DNA of 63,660 nt, the filler included, from Octopus bimaculoides (taxonomy: Eukaryota), in assembly GCF_001194135.2 (NCBI RefSeq). It is 6 parts of 4 records of this genome, joined end to end, with 100 filler letters (N's around TTAATTAATTAA, not from the genome) between each part and the next. Parts side by side here need not be neighbours in the genome. Positions count along the whole stretch, not along the records: positions 21,373 to 24,889 come from NC_068991.1; positions 24,990 to 43,560 come from NC_068986.1; 4 more parts are not named here. One strand, 5' to 3'. A program made the translations under genes and the position numbers. The notes beneath the pieces are model-generated. The model was not told the origin of the DNA, made no database searches, and was given only the letters and a program-made list of their open reading frames with translations. Below, in pieces: positions 22,345-35,599 of the stretch. How positions within the stretch are numbered: the stretch's first letter is position 1; the number at the start of each line of letters is the position of its first letter.

Positions 22345-23885
22345 TAGATACCTTTGTGCATGTGTGTATCAACTAATTAGGAAGAGAGTTAGTCTAGATG
22401 AAATGCAGTTTGTTTTTGTGTCAGGGAGAAGCACCACCGATGCTATATTTCTGGTAATGCAGCTGCAGCAGAGATATCTAACCAAAAATAAACCTGTGTA
22501 CCTGGCTTTTGTTGACATGGAGAAAGCCTTTGACAGGGTCTTCCACTCCCTTATCTGGTGGTCAATGAAGAAACTAGGGATAGACAAGTGGTTGGTGACA
22601 GCTGTACAAGCCGTGTATAGGGATGTTATCAGTACGGTGAGGGTTGGTTACAAGTATAGTGCTGAATTCGGGCTACAAGTAGGAATTCACCAGGGATCAG
22701 TCCTCAACCCCATCTTATTCACCATAGTCCTCTAGGCAATAACAAAAATTTAAATCAGGCTGCCCCTGGGAACTCCTCTATGCTGATAACCTTGTTCTTA
22801 TAGCTGAATCACTACCAGAACCAGAGAAGAAATTTCAGGTGTGGAAGCAAGGTCTAGAATCAAAGGCCTTAGAGTTAATTTAACAAAATCCAAAGTCTTA
22901 GTAAATAGGAAAGCAGACAAATCAGAAATCCTTTCAGGTAGATGGCCCTGCTCAATCTGTATAATAAGCACAGGTAGAAACTCCATTAGATGTACATGGT
23001 GCAAACTATGGACACGAGGTGCAGCAATATCAGAGGGAGGTTAACAAGGAAAATAGTTTTTGTGTGTGTCAGGTGCACAGGTACAATGAACACTAGACAT
23101 GTACAGAAAATAGACTCCATCAAATGCCAAGGAGGATACCTAGAAGTAGATGATAGCTTCCCTTATTTAGGTGACCAAGTCAGCAGTGGAGGTGGATGCT
23201 CCAAGAGCATAGATGTTAGAATAAGAACAGGCTGACCAAACTTCAGAGAGCTCCTACCTCTGTTGGTAACAAAGGGCCTCTCCCTCAGAGTGAAAGGCAG
23301 ATTGTATGATGCCTGTGTCTAAACAACCTTGCTACACGGCAGTGAAACATGGGCTGTGACCATCAAGGGCATACATAGGCTTGATAGAAATGGAGCTGGT
23401 ATACCTCACTGGATGTGCAATGCCAGTGTGTATGTACAACTGTGTAAGCATCTTGAGAGAAAAGTTGGGCATAAGAGGTATCAGATCTGTGCAAGAGAGA
23501 CTGTGCTTGTATGGCCATGTGATATGTATGGATGAGGACAGCTGTGTAAAGAAATGCTGATCTCTAACTGTGGAAGAGGTAAACCCAGGAAGACATGGAA
23601 TGAGATGGTGAAGCATGATCTTTGAACATTGGGCCTCATGGATGCGATGACAAATAACCGAGACCTTTAGTGATATGCTGTGCTTGAAAAGACTCATCAA
23701 GCCAAGTGAAATTGTAGTCGTGGCACATACTAAGCACCCGTTACACTCTTAGAGTGGTTGGTGCTAGGAAGGTCATCTAGCCATAATACCATGCCAAATC
23801 AGACTGGAACTTGGTGCAAATCTCCAGCTTACCAGTTCCAGTCAAACTGTCTAACCCATGCCAGCATGGAAAGCAGATGCTAAAT
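22345..23885 (+). mobile_element. RTE-clade LINE, RT through 3' UTR, degraded
   Basis: GRSTTDAIF, AFVDMEKAFDRV, VGIHQGSVLNPILF, CPWELLYAD, WPCSIC..TGRNSI.CTWC, LHGSETWA, and an RTE-type 3' UTR. Confidence 0.92.
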
Positions 23886-23939
23886 TAGGATATATATATA
23901 TGGACACACAAGAGATGCAGAGAAAGTAGTGTTTGTATA

Positions 23940-24480
23940 TTGAAGATGCACAAGAACCATAAGAAGTGCAGTTACTAATTGACTTCCTTGGATGGGTCGT
24001 TAGTGGTAGTGGATGATTTCTGCTACGTAGGGTATAAAATTTCTAGTGTGGAAGGATATGCTGACAGTGCAATAACTAAAATAAGAATAGGATGGAGAAA
24101 ATTCAGAGAGCTTTTACCTCTGTTGGCAACGAAAGGTTTCTCTCTCTGGGTGAAAGGAAGATTCTATGATGCATGTATACAAACAGTAACTCTATTAGGG
24201 AGTGAGACATGGGTTCTGAATGCAGAGGACATGTGAAGGCTAGAAAAGAATGAGGCTAATATGTTCTGCTGGATATGTAACATAAGTGTACATGTTCAAC
24301 AGAGCCCTAGTGTTTTGTGAAAGAAGTTAGGCATAAGAGGAGTTTGAGGTAGTGTGAAAGAGGGAAGACTGCACTGGTTTGGTCATGTGATGTGGATGGA
24401 GGTCAACAGTTCCATAAAGAAGTGCCATTCACTCAAAGGTGATGGAAGACATGGGATGAAGTATTAAAGGACAACTTAAC
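23940..24480 (+). mobile_element. RTE-clade LINE fragment
   Basis: VVDDFCYVG...IRIGWRKFRELLPLLATKGFSLWVKGRFYDACIQTVTLLGSETW. Confidence 0.88.
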
Positions 24481-24989
24481 CATCCTCATGCTTAACCATC
24501 CTCTCACACTATCTCCGATGAACAGATATAATGAACATCCTAGAAACAGCTGTAAGACCTATTTATAAATAAATGATTGCATGTTTTTGTATAAATATAT
24601 CTATGTCTTTTTTTTTTATATAAATACAGTGAAAGGTTATTACTAATTGTACCCATATTCTTATCATATTTCCAGCCATCACAGGGAAGTTACCCGCCTA
24701 GACCATCAAATCAAGGTTCCTCTCAGCACAACTCTTATGTATGTATATGTGTCATTGTATTTATGGTTATGTGAGCTCATGTGTGGATATACATATATAT
24801 TTATATCTCCACATACAGATATAGATATATGTCTGTATGTGTATATATGTGTGTGTATATATATGTATGTTTATGTACGTATGTGTGTGNNNNNNNNNNN
24901 NNNNNNNNNNNNNNNNNNNNNNNNNNNNNNNNNTTAATTAATTAANNNNNNNNNNNNNNNNNNNNNNNNNNNNNNNNNNNNNNNNNNNN

Positions 24990-25028
<39 letters not shown>

Positions 25029-25538
25029 ATGTGTGTGTGTGTGTGTGTATGTCTACGCCCATTCACATTTACTAAATTCATTCCGATAAATATCTATCTA
25101 AATAGTTCTCATCCGCTCTCGTCTATCTGCCAATGTAACATATCTATTGATCTATGCGTTTGTTGTTTCATTTATCGATTCTTGTTCATCTACATATAAA
25201 GTGGTATTTCGCAAAATAGTTTATAAATATAAGTTTTATTTCTGAAACTGCATCTATCATACGCATTTATGCACTCACACGCACGCGCGCACGCACGCAC
25301 ATATGATAATCTAGTGAAGCTCTTGACTAGGCTGTGGGTCTTGGCATCGGTAGTTGGGGAGCCATGTAATGGCATATATATATGCTGGCCTTTATACATA
25401 TTTTATTTCAATTTACAATGTGAGCCATGTATGTAGAACATGGTTATTCTACAATATGCTTCGGGGCTGTGCTTTTTAAACGCCGAAATTCCTTACTGTT
25501 CTGCAACATTTCGCTCCAGTGGAGAAATATGCAATCTA

Positions 25539-26805
25539 CGAGGGTGGGCTCCAAAGTCCAGAGGCTGACTACGAAAAATCATGTTAAAGCTGTAAGATCT
25601 TGCATACATTCATTTCAACGGTATTCTTTCTTAACAGGTAAACTGACATCTGACTCTTTAAAGAACACTCTAAAAGTAACTAGTAGCGAGGCCTCTTGAA
25701 AATCGACAAGATTTCGCATCGTCGTATTATCAAGTACCCGAAGAAAAAGGGTTTAGACTCCAGCGACATGCATACGAACATGGTAGCTACATTAGAAGAT
25801 GACGCTCCAGCTCTATTAACTGTACACAAAATGGCAGTTGAATTTAGGAGGAGAACGGAAAGTCTTGAAGATGATCCAAGGTCTGGGCGCCCTACAACTG
25901 CCACCACCGAGTAAAAACATTGATAGCCTTCATCACATGCTGATGGATGACAGCCGATTGATTATAAAGCAAATAACCAATGCTGTGAATGTATCACGAG
26001 AGTGTTGTTCTAATTTTGCATATAGAAATCGGCATGACGAAGGTTTCTGCTCGGTGGATACTATGTCTGAAATCTGATCAAAAACGCACCAGGCTGAGCG
26101 CATCACGGGAAAATCTGACATTGTTTCAGGCAGATTCAACTGGTTTACTTGAACGTTTCCTAACCCAGGATGGATGTTGGCTACATCAGTTTGAGCTAGA
26201 GATAAAGAGAGAATTGATGCGGTAGGAAAATGCCTCCTCACCTGCTCCGAAGAAGGCCAAGATCGTTTCATCTGCAGGGAAAATGATGGTGTCATTTTTT
26301 TATATGCAAAACGCATTTTGTTTATTGTCTCTGTTCAAAATTGCCCCAACATCAATTGAGAGTAGCATACCAAGTTGCTGAAGCCGTTACGAAAGGTTAT
26401 CAAGACCAAACACCCAGGAAAACTAACGAAATTGGTTTGTTTCATCAGGACAACGCTCCAGCACACACGTCTTTGCTTTCAATGGCTGCTGTACATGACT
26501 GTGGCTTTGAACGTGTTGATCAGCCCCATCCCATCAATTCTCCTGATTTGACATCATCTGACTATCATCTTTTCCCCATCATAAAAAAAACCCCACTTGG
26601 CTGGGAATTAGTATCGCATATCTACTGTTGATGACTTCTTTGACCAACAGAGTGACAGCTTCTTGATCAATGGGATCAAAGCACTGCAACAGCGATGGAA
26701 GGAGTGTGAAGACCACGAGTTGGACTTTATTGAAAAATAAATCTCGTTTCGTCATATTTCATGAGAGTATCTTGGTCAGCCTATGAACTTGTCAACCGAC
26801 CTTCG
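25539..26805 (+). mobile_element. Mariner (DD34D) transposon, second family, near full length, decayed
   Basis: Diverged TIRs TA-cgagggtgggctccaaagtcca and tgaacttgtcaaccgaccttcg-TA; motifs SLEDDPRSGRP, KVSARWI, FLTQDGCW, LFHQDNAPAH, NSPDLTSSDYHLF. Confidence 0.9.
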
Positions 26806-27108
26806 TATGTATATATTAATATAAATCTCAAGGTGATTGTTACGTAGTTTGATATGAATCTATGCATTTATGCATGTATCTTTATTTCTCTATATATCCT
26901 TACCAAAGAACAATTCATATATCAATTATCATATATTATATTATATTATACAATATATCATGTTATATTTTTATATCTACGATGTATAGAGAGTTAATAA
27001 AATTCTATTTCACAAAAACTGCAATATCAAAGTTTCTGTTTATGTTTACAATCACACAATCTCTCACAGACTATACAAGAAACAAAAACATGCTATTATT
27101 ATATCTGC

Positions 27109-27156
<48 letters not shown>

Positions 27157-27511
27157 GCGTGTTCGTTCGTATTTTCAGAATTTCCGTAAACAACATTTCA
27201 ATTTGCCATATACTATTTCCAAGAAACTTTTGGAACTTTCATTATTTTCTACGAGAGATTAAACTTGACTTCCTTCGGTTATAGTTGATATATTTCTCAT
27301 TCTTTTGTATATGAGTTAAATTTAAAGAAACAAACTTTACAAAAGAACGTTTATAGATTCGACCATTGTCTGAAACATTAAAGTGACATACATCGAGAGT
27401 CGGCATGGGCACGGGTTTTACGAGATATTGCTCAGAAGGCGGGCAACACTACTAAAAAACGTGAAGATAATTTTTCGTTAGGCGTGTCTTTCAGACAATC
27501 CTGCTGGCCTC

Positions 27512-27549
27512 ATGTTGACCATGGCTAATCTCGAGAGACGAGACAAAAG
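27512..27549 (+). CDS. Candidate first coding exon of an unidentified plus-strand gene (MLTMANLERRDK)
   Basis: ACCATGG context at 27518-27524, strong donor AAG|GTAAGC at 27550, and a locally CpG-rich non-repeat setting; no homology recognised. Confidence 0.3.
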
Positions 27550-28316
27550 GTAAGCTGTGGTTGGTTGAATTAATTCGCCACTCGATTTAACCCCGCTGCC
27601 CAGTCATTGCGATTTTGTTGGTAAGTACATTCTGTTGCATGCATTAATGCTGGATCTCCTGTCTAAAGAATATCTTCCTCTCAAAAACTTGGGGGCCCTA
27701 TAAAATGTCATGGGCACTGCCCTTGCTCTTCTGAATCAACCAGGTAAAACAATAATAATCTTGAAAAGTATAATTTATTTATATCGTTCTATATTAGTAT
27801 GACCTATCTTACATGGAGTATTTCAGTTTATTTCAGAGAGACTGCATTCATGCTGCTACAAGCACCCATACACTTACATTATGAACACCCGTGTCTACAC
27901 ATCGCATACACGCCCTACACATCACGCACACACACTTATACACACACATAACATTGAATAAATGAAAAGGGAACAAGAAATTATACAACGAACGTCATTA
28001 GCTTATAACTGTTTCTGCTATAAAACGCTGTGCATTCAGAGCTGACTGCTCGCACATCACCTAATAGCTTCTTCTGAGCTTCTAAAAAGAGTGCAAGGTT
28101 ATTTGGGAAATGCTTGAATATATGTGTATATCTTATATATCTGTGTATATGTCACCGAGATAGACTTTGCCTTTCATTCTTTCGGAGTCGATAAATTAAG
28201 TACCAGTTGCGTACTGGGTCGATCTAATCAACTGGCCCTTCCCACTCAAATTTCGGGAATTGTACCTATAGGGGAAAAGGTATATATATATATTATATGT
28301 GTGTGTATGTGTATGC

Positions 28317-28317
<1 letters not shown>

Positions 28318-28378
<61 letters not shown>

Positions 28379-28385
28379 ATATATA
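28318..28385. repeat. (TCTA)n microsatellite
   Basis: Direct reading. Confidence 0.95.
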
Positions 28386-29798
28386 NNNNNNNNNNNNNNN
28401 NNNNNNNNNNNNNNNNNNNNNNNNNNNNNNNNNNNNNNNNNNNNNNNNNNNNNNNNNNNNNNNNNNNNNNNNNNNNNNNNNNNNNNNNNNNNNNNNNNNN
28501 NNNNNNNNNNNNNNNNNNNNNNNNNNNNNNNNNNNNNNNNNNNNNNNNNNNNNNNNNNNNNNNNNNNNNNNNNNNNNNNNNNNNNNNNNNNNNNNNNNNN
28601 NNNNNNNNNNNNNNNNNNNNNNNNNNNNNNNNNNNNNNNNNNNNNNNNNNNNNNNNNNNNNNNNNNNNNNNNNNNNNNNNNNNNNNNNNNNNNNNNNNNN
28701 NNNNNNNNNNNNNNNNNNNNNNNNNNNNNNNNNNNNNNNNNNNNNNNNNNNNNNNNNNNNNNNNNNNNNNNNNNNNNNNNNNNNNNNNNNNNNNNNNNNN
28801 NNNNNNNNNNNNNNNNNNNNNNNNNNNNNNNNNNNNNNNNNNNNNNNNNNNNNNNNNNNNNNNNNNNNNNNNNNNNNNNNNNNNNNNNNNNNNNNNNNNN
28901 NNNNNNNNNNNNNNNNNNNNNNNNNNNNNNNNNNNNNNNNNNNNNNNNNNNNNNNNNNNNNNNNNNNNNNNNNNNNNNNNNNNNNNNNNNNNNNNNNNNN
29001 NNNNNNNNNNNNNNNNNNNNNNNNNNNNNNNNNNNNNNNNNNNNNNNNTGTGTGTATATATTTACATGGGACTGTATATATATATGTATGTATGTATGTA
29101 TGTTTGCAGGTATGTATTTACATATATAAATATATACATACATGCAAGTATGTATATTGCTACACATCATAATTAAGTATTTCATTATAAAGCAATTCAT
29201 TGGTCCAATATGGACGTATTATACGTATTTCAAATTAACGTCAACTTCTCCATGCCTCCTGAACCACCTACAACTGAGTAGATTAAAAGAAAATTTCTAT
29301 AATTCAATCAGCGGTAGGGAATTAGTGAGTAACAGTCCAAAAGCTTTCGTTCGTCGTTCTCTTGTTAGCAGAAATGACTCCAATTATACTATAAGAGTCC
29401 ATTTCTTAAACATGCCTAATCAAAATTCAATTTGGGCCAGAATTCCAATGGTGTTATCAGAAATTGTCGGGCAATTATTATTGTCTAATGACTGAAAGTA
29501 CAGTTCTTACTCATTCCATGTAATTTCCATATTAGAGTAGTCAGCTGTAATGGACTTTTCAGAATCAATATTCTCCAATTTTTAAAGACTATTAAGGAGT
29601 AGTCGTCAATTATGGCTGAAGTGAGGCTGAAAGCAGACATTTTGTTTCTTACGAGGTTGGGTTTACAGAAAGAAAGAGATTAAGAGAGAAAGAGAGAATC
29701 GGAGACAGACTGACAGACAGAAAGAGGGGGAGAGAGAGAAATTGAGAGATTATGTTTGAGAGCGAGAGAGAGTTAATACATATATGTGTGTGTGTGTA

Positions 29799-29829
<31 letters not shown>

Positions 29830-29942
29830 ATGTGTGTGAGTTAATAAAAGTGGATAAATATATGTTTGCTTAAGAAAGAGATAGACAGTTATAAAGCTTA
29901 TATATCAGCTGTGCTTTTAAATATGCTTAAATTTCAAGTTTT

Positions 29943-30001
<59 letters not shown>

Positions 30002-31143
30002 ATTGGTGAAGACGTTTTCATCCTATTATTAAAAGAAGTCATCAACAGCAGATATGACATCATCATCACTGCGATACTGGTTCGTAACCAAGTGGTTTTT
30101 CCTGTTGGGGAAAAGATGTTATTCAGATGGGGCCAAATCAGATAAGAAAGTAGGTTGATGACCAGTTCAAAGTCACGGTCACACACGGTAGTCATTGAAA
30201 CCAAGGACGTGTGTACTGGAACAATATCTTGATGAAACATGACCACTTTCCTCAGTTTTCCTGAGCGTTTGATGTTGATAGCTTTTCATACCAATCTCAA
30301 CAAGTTGACATGGTACTCTCCATTGATTGAGTCACCCTTTTTGAAAGCAGGAAATAAAAGCAAACCTTTTGTGTCCCAAAATATTAAGGCCATCACCCCT
30401 GCAGATGAAACGATATTGGCCTTCATTAGAGCAAGTGAGGTGTATTTCCACTGCATGGATTGTCTATTTGTCTCTGGCTCAAACAGATGAACCCAACACT
30501 CATCCTGAGTTACGAAACGTTCAATAAAACCAGCTGGATCTACCTGAAACAGTGTTAAATTTCCTCGAGATGTTCTCAGCCTGGTGAATTTTTGATCAGG
30601 TGTCAGAAGACGTGGATCTATCGAGCAGGAAACTTCGTCATGCTGAATATTGTCAGCTCTCTCACATGATATGCTAACAGCGTTGACTGTTTCCTTTATA
30701 GCTAATCACCTGTTATTCTTCAGTATGTAATGAAAGCGATCAATATTTTCCTCGGTAGCAGCAGTTGCCAAACGACCAGACATTGGGTAATTTTCAAGAC
30801 TCTCCGTTCCCCTTCTACATTCAGCTGCCCACTTTTGCACTGTCGTTAATCTGCAGCGTCATCCCCTAATTTAGTAACCATATCAGCATGAATGTTGTCT
30901 AAACCGTTTTTCTTCTGGTACTTGATAACACGACGATGCCAAATTTTGTTGATTTTCAAGAAACGTCGCTACTTGTTACATTTGAAGCTTTCTTTAAAAA
31001 GTGAGTTGTCAGTTTACCTGATAAGAAACGATGCTGGTATTAATAAAAAACGAAAGGAGTTGAAATGAATGCATGCAAGATTTCACTGCTCTTATATCAC
31101 TCATCCATACCAAGGCTATGAGCTTTTCAGCTCAACCTTGCAT
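30002..31143 (-). mobile_element. Mariner, same family as 25539-26805, 3'-truncated at an (AC)n tract
   Basis: The 5' UTR and N-terminus align with 25600-25760; MFHQDIVPVH; TIR-like gagcttttcagctcaaccttgcata at about 31120-31143. Confidence 0.85.
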
Positions 31144-31175
31144 ACGCACAAATTGACACAACCATATTTGGCTTT

Positions 31176-31182
31176 GTGTGTG

Positions 31183-31221
<39 letters not shown>

Positions 31222-31222
31222 A

Positions 31223-31279
<57 letters not shown>

Positions 31280-31298
31280 GTGTGTGTGTGTGTGTGTG
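31176..31298. repeat. (TG)n/(TA)n microsatellite
   Basis: Direct reading. Other tracts at 1-50, 10555-10660, 24780-25050, 27112-27152, 29951-30001, 43661-43790 and 58285-58335. Confidence 0.95.
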
Positions 31299-32289
31299 CA
31301 ACATGGCACAACGATNNNNNNNNNNNNNNNNNNNNNNNNNNNNNNNNNNNNNNNNNNNNNNNNNNNNNNNNNNNNNNNNNNNNNNNNNNNNNNNNNNNNN
31401 NNNNNNNNNNNNNNNNNNNNNNNNNNNNNNNNNNNNNNNNNNNNNNNNNNNNNNNNNNNNNNNNNNNNNNNNNNNNNNNNNNNNNNNNNNNNNNNNNNNN
31501 NNNNNNNNNNNNNNNNNNNNNNNNNNNNNNNNNNNNNNNNNNNNNNNNNNNNNNNNNNNNNNNNNNNNNNNNNNNNNNNNNNNNNNNNNNNNNNNNNNNN
31601 NNNNNNNNNNNNNNNNNNNNNNNNNNNNNNNNNNNNNNNNNNNNNNNNNNNNNNNNNNNNNNNNNNNNNNNNNNNNNNNNNNNNNNNNNNNNNNNNNNNN
31701 NNNNNNNNNNNNNNNNNNNNNNNNNNNNNNNNNNNNNNNNNNNNNNNNNNNNNNNNNNNNNNNNNNNNNNNNNNNNNNNNNNNNNNNNNNNNNNNNNNNN
31801 NNNNNNNNNNNNNNNNNNNNNNNNNNNNNNNNNNNNNNNNNNNNNNNNNNNNNNNNNNNNNNNNNNNNNNNNNNNNNNNNNNNNNNNNNNNNNNNNNNNN
31901 NNNNNNNNNNNNNNNNNNNNNNNNNNNNNNNNNNNNNNNNNNNNNNNNNNNNNNNNNNNNNNNNNNNNNNNNNNNNNNNNNNNNNNNNNNNNNNNNNNNN
32001 NNNNNNNNNNNNNNNNNNNNNNNNNNNNNNNNNNNNNNNNNNNNNNNNNNNNNNNNNNNNNNNNNNNNNNNNNNNNNNNNNNNNNNNNNNNNNNNNNNNN
32101 NNNNNNNNNNNNNNNNNNNNNNNNNNNNNNNNNNNNNNNNNNNNNNNNNNNNNNNNNNNNNNNNNNNNNNNNNNNNNNNNNNNNNNNNNNNNNNNNNNNN
32201 NNNNNNNNNNNNNNNNNNNNNNNNNNNNNNNNNNNNNNNNNNNNNNNNNNNNNNNNNNNNNNNNNNNNNNNNNNNNNNNNNNNNNTTTA

Positions 32290-32500
32290 TACTTGTCACT
32301 GTCATCAAACCGCACCCATGCTGGGGCACCGCCTTGAAGAAATTTTAGTCGACTGAATCGACACTAATACCTTTTTCTAAAAGCCTGGTACTTATCCTAT
32401 CGAACTCTTTGGCCGAACCGCTAAGTTACGGGGACGTAACCTTTTGTCAAGCGGTGGTGAGGGACAAACACACATGCGCACGCACACACACACGCGCACG

Positions 32501-32546
<46 letters not shown>

Positions 32547-32700
32547 AACACACACACACACACGACAGGCCTCTTTTAGTTTCCGCCTAACAAATCTACT
32601 CATAAGACTGGGAACGGCCAGAGGCTGTAGTAGATGACACTTGCCCAAAGTGCTACGGAGTGGGACTGAACCCGGAACTATATGTTCGAGAAGCAAGTTT
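32290..32700 (-). mobile_element. CORE-type SINE (family B)
   Basis: Reverse complement of the 14574-14985 architecture. Confidence 0.85.
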
Positions 32701-32945
32701 CTTAAGCCTAAAGATCTTTTTCACAAGGTCGGACAAATAATATACTTTTATCTCAATTACGGTGTGTTTGAATGTAAAAGATAGAGGACAGTCATAACGA
32801 ATGGAAAAACCCTTGACCACAGGACTACTTGTCCAGGCAGGGCCGACCCAGGGCAAAACAATACAGGAATAAACTGTTATGTTTGTTCTGAACGTAGACT
32901 TAAATCGCTGTATCTCTAGTTCGAAACATATTTTATTATTATCAT

Positions 32946-33809
32946 AAGGTGGTGAGCTGGCAGAATCGTTAGCACGCTGGACGAAATGTTTGTTGGTATT
33001 TCACTCGTCGCAAGGTTCTGAGTTTAAATTCCGCCAAGGGGTCGATTAATTAACTACAAATGAAAGACTGGGATCGATGTAATCGACTAGTCCCCGCCCC
33101 CCAAATTTCAGGCCTTGTGCCTATTGTAGAAATGATTATTATTATAAGTATCAAGGCGGTCAGCCGGCAGAATCGTTAGCACGCCGGGCAAAATGTTTCG
33201 GGGCATTTCATCCGTTTTTGTTCTGTGTTCCAATACCTCTGAGGGCAAGTTTGCCCTTCATATTTTCAGGATCGATAAGATAAGTACCAGTTAAAAAATG
33301 GGGTCGATGTAATCGACTAGCCCCCTTCTCCGAAATTGCTGGCCTTGTGCCAAAATTTGAAATCATTATTGTTATAACTGTTCGAGTCAGAAAAATTGCT
33401 TAGAAGCATTTCTTCCGTCTGTTTATGCTCTGAGTCCAAATGCCGTCGAAATCAATATTGTCTTTCCTCCTTTCGGGGCTGGAGGTCGAAAAAATAAAGT
33501 ACCAGTTCGGCACAAGGGTCGATGTAATCAACTTGACCTTCCTCTCAAAGTTGTTGATCTTAAAGTTAGAAAGAATTATTATTACTGTTGTTCTAAAATA
33601 TTGGTTTCAAATTTTGGCGAGCAATTTTTGGGAAACGGGCAAGTCGATTACATCGACCCCAGTACACAGCTAGTACTTATTTGATCGACTCCGAAAGGAT
33701 GAAAGGCAAGGTTGAACTTGGCGGAATTTAAACTCAGGACTTAAAGACGGACTAAATGCTGCCATGCAGTTCGTCAGGCGTGCTAACGATTCTGCAAGCT
33801 CGCCGCCTT
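32946..33809. mobile_element. Cluster of four family A SINEs (three plus, one minus)
   Basis: Plus copies at about 32946-33140, 33153-33365 and 33385-33570 (degenerate); minus copy at about 33620-33809. Confidence 0.85.
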
Positions 33810-35164
33810 ATAATTGTTCTAAAATATTGTTATCAAAATATTAAAAGGTAAAAGATCCATCTCTGCTTTTTGTCAATAGTGTATTATCTTAGGGTGTTTC
33901 CACACCATACACTGTCATAATTTTGAAGTGCTAAAATGAATCACTAAATATTCATCAAATCCCACTCAACACCTTTAATTGAAGAAATACACGCAAGACA
34001 ATACAGGTTATGATATACAGAAGGTAGACATAGTTTTGGCTGGAAAGTCTTTGAACTTAAGTTTACAGAAATCGGAGCTTACCAGCGGCCTGTCTACAAC
34101 GACATAATTTTAATTTTGAACCAAAATCCATATTTGAAATTGAAAGGTTCATTATTCATTTTGCTACATTTCTTTATCTCCAGTAGTTTCCTTACTCTCA
34201 GATATTTACAAATAATCTTTCATGATTTGAACGGTAACCTATCTGGTAAATGTTATTCCGCAAGAGGACCAAATAACAAGATGTAAGATACTAGATATTT
34301 CTTTCATTCTGTCGTTATCAATTTATCATTGGGTAAAACCCCAGCATGCCGTCACTGGCTTATCTGATCTATATACGCAAGCCAATTACCGGTTGGGCAG
34401 TGTGTTCCTGTAATCAGATGATTAGTTCTGATTATCTCAGCCTAGGCGAAATTTGAACTCGAGTTACAAATCCGGAAGTCATACCGCAAGGCACCTCGTC
34501 GCACGGTCTAGAAATTTTGTAAATCCACCGATTTGGACTGGTACTACATCTGTTTTCCACCGAGGGAGTCAAACGATGAGACAAGGGAGAATTACCGAAA
34601 ACGATTTAACCAATTATTCGCGTTAGACTCTGTTATAAATGTATTATTTGTATAATTGACGTCACCTTTAATTTCCTTGTAGTAGATAAATTAATTAGTT
34701 TTAATGTACTAATCATGACTATATCTCTTCACAGTAAAAACCATTGACTCTGTGCCACAAAGTAATTAATAACTTTTAAATAATTGACATATGTTTGCAA
34801 TTATTTAACTGCTGTCTGTTTCTAATTATATCCGATATGTCGCCCCTTGCCACCCATAAACACATCGCATTAATTAATAAATTAATTACTTAAATAAGCT
34901 GTTCATTAATTCATTATATTTATTTTTATTCTCTATTTTCTTTTAAAAAGTCACTGATATTCTTGTATTTCAGTTTCGAATACAAGATAGAATGGCAGCA
35001 ATTCTATCTACTATACTTTTCCTGTTTAAAAAATGGGAATTTGCGGCTTGATAGACAAGAATGAAATAAAACACAAAACAGTTGATTTCTAACATTGTCA
35101 CAAGGCCAAAATTTTCAGGGGTAAAGTTAGTCGATTTGATCAACTCCAGCACTTGACTCATATT

Positions 35165-35365
35165 CTAAACTATTTGAGGATCCGGCTGGGTTGACGGTTC
35201 GCGTTGGTCGGCCACATATTTCATGGTCACGGCAGTTAAGGAAGTATTTCTCGGAAATGAGAACTGACTGGGAAAGCACTCGGATGGTTGCTCGGGACAA
35301 CCCGAGCAGAGTCCGACAAATGATGGATCCAGTTACGCGTTGCATCAGCGCATGCCCCCAAACCT
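35165..35365 (+). mobile_element. LINE (RTE/CR1-like) C-terminal fragment
   Basis: RVGRPHISWSRQL...W.....VARD......MMDPVTRCISACPQT resembles LINE C-termini. Confidence 0.5.
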
Positions 35366-35599
35366 GAGAAGATAAAAAGCTAAGATTTAGGCTGACAGAA
35401 TATAAACACTAAAACGCGAAGCAATGAAACTAAATATCTTCCTATGAGATAAGCCCAGGGCTTGAAATTTTGGAGAAGGAAAAACCGATTATATCGACCA
35501 CAGCATTTAGTTACCACTTTTTTGTATCAATCTTCGGGAGATGAAAGGTAAAGTTAGCTTTAACGGGATTTTGAACTCAGAAGAGAGGAGCCCAAGAAA

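Noticed and set aside
27521-27549. MANLER start resembling nucleoside diphosphate kinase
   Set aside because: The match ends after 6 residues; TFIAIKPDG is absent.
29142-29495. 117-aa plus-strand ORF
   Set aside because: No recognisable domain; it starts in microsatellite-derived sequence and lacks convincing splice sites.
34202-34285. Possible exon YLQIIFHDLNGNLSG(K), with a glutamine-synthetase-like DLNG..SGK look
   Set aside because: Too short, followed by an early stop, with no other GS motifs in the window.
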